Positions 46,315-54,876 of a DNA stretch of 64,000 nucleotides are shown here, one piece after another; the first letter of the stretch is position 1, and each line of letters starts with the position of its first letter. A model generated the notes under the pieces. It was given only the letters and a program-made list of their open reading frames with translations, did not search any database and was not told the DNA's origin. The position numbers and the translations under genes were made by a program. Origin of the DNA: an uncultured Pelagibacteraceae bacterium (lineage in GTDB: Bacteria > Pseudomonadota > Alphaproteobacteria > Pelagibacterales > Pelagibacteraceae); assembly GCA_902596975.1 (NCBI GenBank), contig CACJWS010000003.1:37914-101913 (forward strand), given 5' to 3'.

Positions 46315-47226
46315 TTAATCTAAAGCAACAACAGCTGCAGCTATTGAAGCAAGTCTTGCTGTCGCATCATCTGACCTACTTGTTATAACAACAGGCACTT
46401 TACCTCCAACAACTACGCCTGCTGCACATGCTCCCATAAAATAAATCATCATTTTTACAAGCGCATTCCCAGTTTCGACATTTGGAACTAATAATACATC
46501 GGCCTCTCCAGCAACTATATTCTCAATTCCCTTAATTGAAGCAGATTTTTTTGAGATGCTATTATCAAATGCCAAAGGTCCAAATATATCAGCATTAAAA
46601 TTTTCTTTACTTGCCAATTCAGTTAATTCTTTAGCTTCAACCGAACTCTGTACACTATCAATTACTTCTTCTGTTGCTGAAAGGACAGAAATCTTTGGTC
46701 TTGGAATATTAATTCTATGACTAAAATCTATAACATTTCTTAAAATATGCATTTTAGTTTTTAGGTTAGGAGAAACATTCAATGCTCCATCGGTTATGAT
46801 TAATGGTTTATCATCTTTTTGTAATGTCATATGCCAAATATGACTTAATCTTGTTTTTCCAATTAATTTATATTCTCTTTTAAGAACTTCTTTCATCAAT
46901 ATATCAGTATGAATATGTCCTTTTACAATAATTTTTACTTTATCTTCAGATGCAAGTTTTGTTGCAATTCCAGCTGTATTGTTTTCAACTGGCTCATTGA
47001 TTATTTCAAAATTTGATATATCAAATTTAAGCTCATCTGCGCATTCTTGTATTTTTTGTTTATCACCTATTAATATTGGGGTAATCAATTTTTCTGAGAC
47101 AGCATCCATTACCGACATCATTGGTAATTTTTTGCCTGCATTTACAATTGCTGCTTTTACACCCCTTTTTTGATGGGCTATATTAAGTAGATTAACAGGG
47201 CAAACTGTAGATTTATCAGATAACAT
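46315..47226 (-). CDS. pta: Phosphate acetyl/butyryl-transferase family protein
   Basis: 303 aa. VKGHIHTD, ITDGALNV, LSATEEV and a C-terminal Ala-rich helix typical of PTA_PTB. Confidence 0.75.
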   Translation of the reverse strand: MLSDKSTVCPVNLLNIAHQKRGVKAAIVNAGKKLPMMSVMDAVSEKLITPILIGDKQKIQECADELKFDISNFEIINEPVENNTAGIATKLASEDKVKIIVKGHIHTDILMKEVLKREYKLIGKTRLSHIWHMTLQKDDKPLIITDGALNVSPNLKTKMHILRNVIDFSHRINIPRPKISVLSATEEVIDSVQSSVEAKELTELASKENFNADIFGPLAFDNSISKKSASIKGIENIVAGEADVLLVPNVETGNALVKMMIYFMGACAAGVVVGGKVPVVITSRSDDATARLASIAAAVVALD

Positions 47227-47310
47227 ATGAGTTTAAATATTTGTTATGGTTCTAAATATCAATATTTTTTATTACGTTCGATATAAAAATAGTTTAAAAT
47301 TGAATAAACG

Positions 47311-48159
47311 ATGGAGATAGTTACAAAAATTGCACCTATAGCGTTAGCACTTATAATGTTAGGTCTGGGATTGGGCTTATCAACTAGAGATTTTTTAAGA
47401 GTTATAAATAATCCAAAAGATTTTACAGTCGGAATAATTTGTCAATTAATCCTTCTTCCAATCGTCGCTTATATTTTACTTTTAATATTAAGATTACCAG
47501 TTGAATTAGCTTTAGGATTAATGATTATTGCTGCTGCTCCTGGAGGAGTAACATCAAATGTCTTAACAAAATTTGCAAATGGAGATGTTGCATTATCTAT
47601 TTCGTTAACAGCAGTAGGTAGTTTAATTAGTATTTTTTCTGTTCCATTTATTGTTTTTTCTTCAGCAAAATTATTAGGTGTAACTGATTTATCCTCAGAT
47701 ATTACGATGACTGGTATTGCTTTTAAAATGGCACTAGTTGTAACTGTGCCAGTAATTCTAGGAATGATAATTAGAAGATTTGCTGAAAACTTTATTTCTT
47801 CTAATATTAATATTGTAAATAGAATTACAGGAATTTTGTTTATTGTTGTATTTGCAGCAATATGGATTGAGGAAAGAGAAAATATAATATCATACTTAGG
47901 TCAAGCGGGTTTAGCTGTTTTAATATTAAACGTAGTCATGATGACTTTGGCATTTTACATTGCAAAAGGTTTTGCAACTGGAATACCACAAAGAAAATGT
48001 ATTTCTTTAGAATGTGGATTACAAAATGGAACTTTAGCTGTATTTGTAGCAACACAAATTTTCAATGATGTCGCTTATATGGTTCCCACCGCTGCTTACG
48101 CATTAATAATGTATATAACTGGATTTATATTTATATATATTCTTAAAAATTCTAATTAA
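47311..48159 (+). CDS. Bile acid:sodium symporter (BASS) family transporter
   Basis: 282 aa polytopic protein. GLGLGLSTRDF and AAAPGGVTSNV motifs. Confidence 0.85.
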   Translation: MEIVTKIAPIALALIMLGLGLGLSTRDFLRVINNPKDFTVGIICQLILLPIVAYILLLILRLPVELALGLMIIAAAPGGVTSNVLTKFANGDVALSISLTAVGSLISIFSVPFIVFSSAKLLGVTDLSSDITMTGIAFKMALVVTVPVILGMIIRRFAENFISSNINIVNRITGILFIVVFAAIWIEERENIISYLGQAGLAVLILNVVMMTLAFYIAKGFATGIPQRKCISLECGLQNGTLAVFVATQIFNDVAYMVPTAAYALIMYITGFIFIYILKNSN

Positions 48160-49114
48160 GATTTATTTGATTGTAAGTTCTTTTTATAAAAACATTTATT
48201 GATTTTAAATTTTCATCTTGGATTATCGACATATCTTTAAAATTTTGTTTGCTGACATCAAAATTTATCAATTTATTTTTGTCTAAAGAAATAAATTTAC
48301 TTTTAGTTAATTTCTTGATTTTTCTTACTACTGTTGGTCTTGGTATTCCTGTTATTTCAGAAATAGACATTGCATTAATTCCTTTTATTTTTTTATTAAT
48401 AATTTTATCTCTCCATTTATCTAAATAACTATCAACTCCTTTAAGTTGCCTTCCAATTTTTGAATTATTATTCAAAATTATAGTTGCTAAAATAGTAAAT
48501 ATTTCCATATCACCAAAATAATTTTTCCACCTTAAGCAGTAAGGGAATAAAAATTTATAAAATTGATACCAGCAAAATGAGAAATTATGTTTAATTAAGT
48601 TATTAATTTCATTACTGGACATTTCGTTTTTTATTACTTTTTCTTCTTTTAAAATTTGACTAAAAACAGATAAAAGTGCGCATATATTTTTTAATGTATC
48701 ATTTGGCTGTGTTGAATTGTATGCACTTCTATCTATTGTAATCTTCTTGCCTTTTTTTTTAATTATTCCTTTTTTTTCTAGGGATATAACTTTTCTTCTG
48801 ACACTTTCTTTTGGTATTTTAAGATCCTTTGATATTCTTATAAGGTTAATTTTCTCAATCTCTAATGTTTTATCCTTATAAAAATCATTGAAAGTAATAT
48901 TTAAATTATTTCGTCTGTAAAAATCAAACTGCTTACTAATCAAATAAATTAAAATCGTGTAAGTATCTATATCTTTAAACACTTTATAAGCACCGATTGT
49001 CCATTCAGACATAAGTTTTAAAAAAAAAGGACTTAAAATATCAAAATGATTTTTGAAAATTTTATCGATCAGTTCATCATCTAGTTCTGAATTTACACTT
49101 GGTAGCTGCTTCAT
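48152..49114 (-). CDS. Hypothetical protein made of two tandem winged-helix (wHTH) DNA-binding modules
   Basis: Internal duplication visible by eye: INLIRISKDLKIPKESVRRKVISLEKKG versus INAMSISEITGIPRPTVVRKIKKLTKSK, and DTYTILIYLI versus DMEIFTILATI. Very Lys/Asn/Ile-rich. Confidence 0.5.
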   Translation of the reverse strand: MKQLPSVNSELDDELIDKIFKNHFDILSPFFLKLMSEWTIGAYKVFKDIDTYTILIYLISKQFDFYRRNNLNITFNDFYKDKTLEIEKINLIRISKDLKIPKESVRRKVISLEKKGIIKKKGKKITIDRSAYNSTQPNDTLKNICALLSVFSQILKEEKVIKNEMSSNEINNLIKHNFSFCWYQFYKFLFPYCLRWKNYFGDMEIFTILATIILNNNSKIGRQLKGVDSYLDKWRDKIINKKIKGINAMSISEITGIPRPTVVRKIKKLTKSKFISLDKNKLINFDVSKQNFKDMSIIQDENLKSINVFIKRTYNQINLN

Positions 49115-49124
49115 AATGTATCAA

Positions 49125-49171
49125 AACCCAATTTGAACAATTTTAAAACTTGAGTCAACCCATTTTGAACA
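49125..49171. repeat. Two 15-nt direct repeats (14/15 identical) 32 bp apart in the divergent promoter region
   Basis: aacccaatttgaaca (49125-49139) and aacccattttgaaca (49157-49171), each followed by a tTAAAA-like extension. Confidence 0.6.
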
Positions 49172-49214
49172 GTTAAAATCTGTAAAATTTTTTACTTTAT
49201 GTTTTAATTATTTA

Positions 49215-49421
49215 ATGAGTACTGAAAGCTTAAACAGAACATCTAATATTGAAATACCTGAAAAAAAACGAAGAGTAATTCGAATGTCCCCTCGTAAAGT
49301 AAATATAGATGTTCTAAAGAAACGAGTTATCACTGAAAAGAAAAAAGAGGCACTTCAGTCAAAAATAATAATACTTTCAGTCTGTTTATCTATCGGAATA
49401 CTAGGTTATTTTGCAGGTTAA
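49215..49421 (+). CDS. Hypothetical small basic protein with a C-terminal transmembrane anchor
   Basis: 68 aa. The N-terminal 45 aa are Lys/Arg-rich; the C-terminus is IIILSVCLSIGILGYFAG. No family recognised. Confidence 0.35.
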   Translation: MSTESLNRTSNIEIPEKKRRVIRMSPRKVNIDVLKKRVITEKKKEALQSKIIILSVCLSIGILGYFAG

Positions 49422-50422
49422 CTATTTAAGAGAATATCTAAATCCTTTTTAATATTTTTTGGAATTTTTATAGATTTTTTGGAGTTTGTTTTTGTTCTTA
49501 AATACTTTTGCTCACCGGGATAAAATATTTTTTGTCCTTTTAAATTAGGTATTTTTTTTATTCTTTTAATATTTTTTTTTATCTCTTTTTTATAATCTTT
49601 AACAAATAGATTGTCTTTAAATGCTAAAAATAAGTGACCGATATTTTGTGGCCCAGAGAAATCATCAAATGGGTCTTTTACTTTGCCACCATGATTACTT
49701 CCAACAAATACTCCAGTTAAAATATCTACCATCCAGGCTAATCCAGATCCTCTAAATCCAGCTATTGGAAGTTGTACCCCAGCAAGAGCTTCTTTTGCAT
49801 TTGTAGTTGGTTTACCAAATTTGTTTAAAGCAACTCCATATGGTATTTTTTTTCCTAACTTTTCTGCAATCCTAATTTTACCTCTATTAATCATAGACAT
49901 TGATGTATCTAGTATAAATGGAACCTTGCTATTAGTTTGAGTTCCAAAACATATTGGATTAGTTCCAAAGACTGATTTTTTCCCTCCAAAAGGCGCAATA
50001 GCAGGAGGAGCATTTGTAAATGCGAAAGTTATTAAATTTTTTTTAACCGCTTGCTCGACGTAGTATCCAGATAGACCGTAATGTCCGCTGTTTTTTACAG
50101 CAACAAACCCAATCCCTGTTTTTTTTGCATTTTGTATAGTTTTTTTAATAGCCTCATCTGCTGCAACAAAACCTATAGAATTATCAGCATCAATTATTGA
50201 TATAGATTTTGATATATTTTTTACAGTAATTTTAGGTCTCGGATTAATGACTTTTTTTGAGATTCTTTCACAATACATTTTTAAACGAGACAATCCATGT
50301 GAAGGCGCACCTACAAGCTCTGCATTGATAATTGCATTTGCGCAAATTATAGAGTGTTTTCTACTTAATTTAAAATTAGTAAAAATTTTAATAATTAAAT
50401 TTTTAAGCTCTTTTTCATTCAT
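49418..50422 (-). CDS. Ldh_2 family (type-2 malate/L-lactate/sulfolactate/ureidoglycolate) dehydrogenase
   Basis: 334 aa. GAPSHGLSR, NSGHYGLSGYY, GTNPI motifs. Confidence 0.85.
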   Translation of the reverse strand: MNEKELKNLIIKIFTNFKLSRKHSIICANAIINAELVGAPSHGLSRLKMYCERISKKVINPRPKITVKNISKSISIIDADNSIGFVAADEAIKKTIQNAKKTGIGFVAVKNSGHYGLSGYYVEQAVKKNLITFAFTNAPPAIAPFGGKKSVFGTNPICFGTQTNSKVPFILDTSMSMINRGKIRIAEKLGKKIPYGVALNKFGKPTTNAKEALAGVQLPIAGFRGSGLAWMVDILTGVFVGSNHGGKVKDPFDDFSGPQNIGHLFLAFKDNLFVKDYKKEIKKNIKRIKKIPNLKGQKIFYPGEQKYLRTKTNSKKSIKIPKNIKKDLDILLNS

Positions 50423-50572
50423 AATTTATGTAAACATAATTGATTTGAAAATTAAACTATAAATTGAATATTTTTTTTATTTATTAAAATTATCTTTAAA
50501 TTTAAAGTAACAAAAGATTAACATTAGTCGTTTAAATTTATTATCATTAACAAATAAAAAAGTGAGGGATAT

Positions 50573-51610
50573 ATGAAAAATATACTTAAAGTAGCTTCTA
50601 TGGCACTAGTTCTTTCATTAACACTTTTCGGTATCACAAATAAAGCTTCAGCTGCAAAACTAACTTTATATTGCAGTGTTGAAATAGATGTTTGTGAAAT
50701 GCTTGAACAAGCTTATGAAAAAGAAACTGGAACAAAAGTTGCTATGACAAGAGCAAGTAGTGGTGAAACTTTTGCAAAAATAAAAGCAGAAGCATCGAAT
50801 CCAAAAGGAGATGTTTGGTTTGGTGGAACAGGTGATCCACATTTAACTGCAGCACAAGAAAATTTAACTGAGAAATATAAATCTGTTCATTTTAATGATT
50901 TATTACCTGCAGCTCAGAACCAAGCAAAAAATGCTGATTTTAAATCAGTAGGAATTTATGTTGGTGCATTAGGTTTTGGATACAACAAAGATCTTTTAGC
51001 AAAAAAGGGTCTTCCAGCTCCAAAATCGTGGATGGATTTAACAAAACCAATATATAAAGGTGAAATACAAGTAGCAAATCCAAACTCATCTGGAACTGCT
51101 TACACAACCTTAGCTACTATTCTTCAAATATTTGGTGAAGATAAAGGTTGGGATTACATGAAAAAACTTCATGCAAACATAAATACATACACTAAATCTG
51201 GTTCTGCACCAATTAAGGCAACTGGTAGAGGTGAAAACTTAATTGGTATTTGTTTCCAACACGATGGTGTTAAACAAACGAAGAAAGGTTTGCCGGTTGT
51301 TACCGTCTCTCCTGCTGAAGGAACTGGTTATGAAGTTGGATCTATGAGTATTATTGCAGGTGCAAGAAATATGAAGGAAGCTAAAAAGTTTTATGACTGG
51401 GCTTTAAGTCCTGCTATTCAAACTATGGTTTTCACTTCAGGAAAATCTTTGCAAGTGCCATCTAATACCAAGGCAAAAGCTGATCCTGATGCTCCAGACT
51501 TATCAACAATAAACTTAATTGATTATAATTTTAAAGTTTATGGAGACAAAAGTACTAGAGCGAGTTTGTTATCCAAATGGGATAACGATGTTTCTGTAAT
51601 TCCTCGATAA
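50573..51610 (+). CDS. ABC transporter substrate-binding protein, family 1 (Fe3+ / 2-aminoethylphosphonate / thiamin-like subgroup), secreted
   Basis: Signal peptide ending ASA. LTLYCSVE...SSGETFAKIKAE...GDVWFGG pattern. GTGAGGGA RBS. Confidence 0.75.
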   Translation: MKNILKVASMALVLSLTLFGITNKASAAKLTLYCSVEIDVCEMLEQAYEKETGTKVAMTRASSGETFAKIKAEASNPKGDVWFGGTGDPHLTAAQENLTEKYKSVHFNDLLPAAQNQAKNADFKSVGIYVGALGFGYNKDLLAKKGLPAPKSWMDLTKPIYKGEIQVANPNSSGTAYTTLATILQIFGEDKGWDYMKKLHANINTYTKSGSAPIKATGRGENLIGICFQHDGVKQTKKGLPVVTVSPAEGTGYEVGSMSIIAGARNMKEAKKFYDWALSPAIQTMVFTSGKSLQVPSNTKAKADPDAPDLSTINLIDYNFKVYGDKSTRASLLSKWDNDVSVIPR

Positions 51611-51619
51611 GGAATTATA

Positions 51620-53818
51620 ATGAGAGGGCTCGTTATCTGTTGGATGCTCATTGGAGTATTGGGTTTCCTAATATTTCCATGGTATGTAACAGGTGACGGG
51701 TTTTTCTCAATAAATTGGATATTAGAATATTCTTTAGAAGATTACGGTTCTGTATTACCACAGGTATTTATAAATAAAAAATATTGGCTTCTACCTTTAA
51801 TTGTCCCTTTATTTTTTCCATTATCAACTTTAAAATTAAATCAGAATAATCCCATTTATTCCAAAATTTTCTTGTACTCAGGATTGTTTGGCATTTTTTA
51901 TTTTATTCTTCAGGGGTTTTCAATTGGTATAAGAGGGTGGAATTTTGAAATCTTTCAATCGATTTTTGGCGATGTAGAAAATCAATTTGGAGTAGGGTCT
52001 GGAGCAGTTCTTTTATGCTCTACATTTATTTTTTACATTACACACGGGCTATCCTCACGTGGGTGGTTGAATGGAGATAATTTTATTGTAGGCAGTATAG
52101 GAAGCATAATTATTTTAGTTTCAACTTTCGTTTTTTTTCCTATTTTTAGAATGTTTGCTGTTGCCTTTAAAGGCACAGAGGGTGGATATGAAATTAGTAA
52201 TTTTTCAACCAAAATATTTAATAAAGGAATTTGGGGCCTTGATTGTTTGTATAGTGATTATGCATGTGGTGTTTTTTGGAACACTGTTACTATGGGAACA
52301 CTTACAGCTTTCTCTTCAACAATTTTGGGTTTAGGTTTTGCTTTATTAATTGCAAGAACAAGTTTTAAATTTAAAAAAACGATTAGAATTTTATCTGTTT
52401 TACCAATCATAACACCTCCATTTGTAATCGGTTTAGCAATAATAATATTATTCGGTAGAACGGGAGTTGTAAGTTCTTTTCTTGAATGGGCATTTGAGAT
52501 TGAGCCCTCGAGATGGATTTATGGTTTACCAGGAATATGGTTTGCACAAACTCTTGCTTTTACACCTATTGCTTTTTTAGTTTTGATAGGAGTTGTTGAA
52601 AGTGTAAGTCCTGCAATGGAAGAGGCTTCACAAACATTGAGAGCTTCAAAATGGCAAGTTTTTAAAACTGTTACATTGCCTTTAATGAGACCTGGAATTG
52701 CGAATGCATTTTTGCTTGGGTTTATTGAAAGCTTAGCTGATTTTGGAAATCCACTTGTACTAGGTGCCGAATATGATGTTTTATCTACAGAAATATTCTT
52801 TGCAATTGTAGGTGCACAGTATGATGAAACTAAAGCTGCAATATTAGCAATGATTTTATTAACCGTTGTTCTGGTAGTATTTTATCTTCAGAATCAATGG
52901 TTGGGAAAAAAATCCTATATTTCAATTTCTGGGAAAGGTGATAGTGGAGTTCATCCTGAATTACCAAATAATACTAAGTGGATAATTTACTCAACTGTTC
53001 TACCTTGGGCACTCCTTACATTTATAATTTATATAATGATTATGTTTGGTGGATTTGTAGAGATGTGGGGTGTCGATCACAGTTTTACTTTAAGACACTA
53101 TGTTGAAGCATTTAGTGTTGAATGGGTTAAAGAAAGAGGAATTTTATGGACTGGTACCGCGTGGAATTCTTTTAATACTACTTTTGCGATAGCATTAATT
53201 TCATCATTTCCTACTGCTGCAATAGGTATTTTAACAGCATATCTTCTTACAAGACATAAGTTTAAAGGAAAAAATGCTTTTGAATTCGGCACAATGTTAA
53301 GTTTTGCAATACCTGGAAGTGTTATTGGTGTAAGTTACGTTTTTGCGTTTAATGTTCCGCCACTTGAACTTACAGGAACAGGAATTATTTTGGTAATCGC
53401 TTTTGTATTTAGAAATATGCCTGTTGGGGTTAGGGCAGGTATAGCTTCGATGAATCAATTAGATCCTCACTTAGATGAAGCTTCATCAACATTGAATGCA
53501 TCTAGTTCTCAAACATTTAGGAATGTAATTCTTCCATTGCTTAAACCTGCAATTACTGCTTCTTTAGTTTTTAGTTTTGTTAGAGCAATGACGGCAATTA
53601 GTGCTGTTATATTCCTTGTTAGTGCTAATTATGATTTAGCTGTCTCATATATATTAGGAAGATTAGAAAACAATGATTATGGTCTAGCAATTGTTTATTC
53701 GTCTGCATTAATTGTTGTTATGTTATTTACAATAACTTTAATGCAATTAATAATAGGTAAACGAAAATTAGGAAGAAGAGAAGAAACAGCAGGAATACTA
53801 CAAGGAAATTTTGGATAA
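51620..53818 (+). CDS. Fused double-domain ABC transporter permease (FbpB/AfuB type) with an N-terminal multi-TM extension
   Basis: 732 aa. Two EAA-loop regions (EEASQTLRASKWQVFKTVTLP and DEASSTLNASSSQTFRNVILP). Confidence 0.85.
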   Translation: MRGLVICWMLIGVLGFLIFPWYVTGDGFFSINWILEYSLEDYGSVLPQVFINKKYWLLPLIVPLFFPLSTLKLNQNNPIYSKIFLYSGLFGIFYFILQGFSIGIRGWNFEIFQSIFGDVENQFGVGSGAVLLCSTFIFYITHGLSSRGWLNGDNFIVGSIGSIIILVSTFVFFPIFRMFAVAFKGTEGGYEISNFSTKIFNKGIWGLDCLYSDYACGVFWNTVTMGTLTAFSSTILGLGFALLIARTSFKFKKTIRILSVLPIITPPFVIGLAIIILFGRTGVVSSFLEWAFEIEPSRWIYGLPGIWFAQTLAFTPIAFLVLIGVVESVSPAMEEASQTLRASKWQVFKTVTLPLMRPGIANAFLLGFIESLADFGNPLVLGAEYDVLSTEIFFAIVGAQYDETKAAILAMILLTVVLVVFYLQNQWLGKKSYISISGKGDSGVHPELPNNTKWIIYSTVLPWALLTFIIYIMIMFGGFVEMWGVDHSFTLRHYVEAFSVEWVKERGILWTGTAWNSFNTTFAIALISSFPTAAIGILTAYLLTRHKFKGKNAFEFGTMLSFAIPGSVIGVSYVFAFNVPPLELTGTGIILVIAFVFRNMPVGVRAGIASMNQLDPHLDEASSTLNASSSQTFRNVILPLLKPAITASLVFSFVRAMTAISAVIFLVSANYDLAVSYILGRLENNDYGLAIVYSSALIVVMLFTITLMQLIIGKRKLGRREETAGILQGNFG

Positions 53819-54873
53819 TGAAAAAAGCAGAAGTAAAATTTGAAAATATTACAAAAAAATTTAATGAGACTGTTGCTGTTGATAATGTGAGTTGTACTTT
53901 TGAAGCAGGAACACTGACTACATTACTAGGTCCTTCTGGATGCGGAAAAACCACTTCTTTAAGAATTATTGCTGGTCTAGAAAGAGCTACTAGTGGCAGA
54001 ATTTTAGTAGAAAATGAAGATGTAACATTATTACCAGCAACAGACAGAGATGTATCTATGGTATTCCAATCTTATGCTTTGTTTCCACACATGAGTGTGC
54101 TTGAAAATGTATCTTATGGTTTGAAGATGATTAATGTTCCAAAAGAAGAATTTACAGAAAAGTCATTAGAAACTCTTAAGTTAGTTAATTTAGAAGGTTA
54201 CGAAAATAGGATGCCTTCAGAGCTATCGGGGGGTCAGCAACAAAGAGTTGCGGTTGCAAGAGCAATTGTGCTGAAACCTAAAGTTTTACTCTTTGACGAG
54301 CCTTTATCTAATTTAGATGCAAAATTAAGAAGACAAGTAAGAGAGGATATTAGAGAAATTCAACAAAAACTTGGAGTAACTACAATTTATGTAACTCATG
54401 ATCAAGAGGAAGCATTAGCAATTTCTGACAAAGTAATTGTAATGAACAATGCTATTATTGCTCAACAAGGTAGCCCAAAAGAATTGTATAACTTTCCTAA
54501 AACTAAATTTGTAGCCAACTTCATAGGAGACGCAAATGTTGTTAAAGCTAAAATCATTAAACAAAATAATAATGTTTACGAGATTCAATTAGCAGAAATG
54601 AAAATTAATATAAAAAGTGATCAAAAATTAGAAAGTTCAGTTTCCGTCTCTTTAAGACCAGAAAAAATAACTATTTCAAAAAGTCCTGAAGAAAACTCAA
54701 TACATGCATCTGTTAATAATGCGTCATTCGTTGGAAATAGTTATCAATATATAGTTAATTCAAAAGTCGGTAAGATTTACGTAGTTTCTAGCGATACCAA
54801 TGAAATATTTAATGTTGGAGAAAACGTTTATTTAAATTTCGACGAAAAAGAATTACGCTTACTCGACGATTAA
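53818..54873 (+). CDS. ABC transporter ATP-binding protein (PotA/FbpC type with C-terminal TOBE-like domain)
   Basis: GPSGCGKTT, LSGGQQQRVAVARA, LLFDEPLS. The ATG overlaps the permease stop. Confidence 0.9.
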   Translation: MKKAEVKFENITKKFNETVAVDNVSCTFEAGTLTTLLGPSGCGKTTSLRIIAGLERATSGRILVENEDVTLLPATDRDVSMVFQSYALFPHMSVLENVSYGLKMINVPKEEFTEKSLETLKLVNLEGYENRMPSELSGGQQQRVAVARAIVLKPKVLLFDEPLSNLDAKLRRQVREDIREIQQKLGVTTIYVTHDQEEALAISDKVIVMNNAIIAQQGSPKELYNFPKTKFVANFIGDANVVKAKIIKQNNNVYEIQLAEMKINIKSDQKLESSVSVSLRPEKITISKSPEENSIHASVNNASFVGNSYQYIVNSKVGKIYVVSSDTNEIFNVGENVYLNFDEKELRLLDD

Positions 54874-54876
54874 GGA

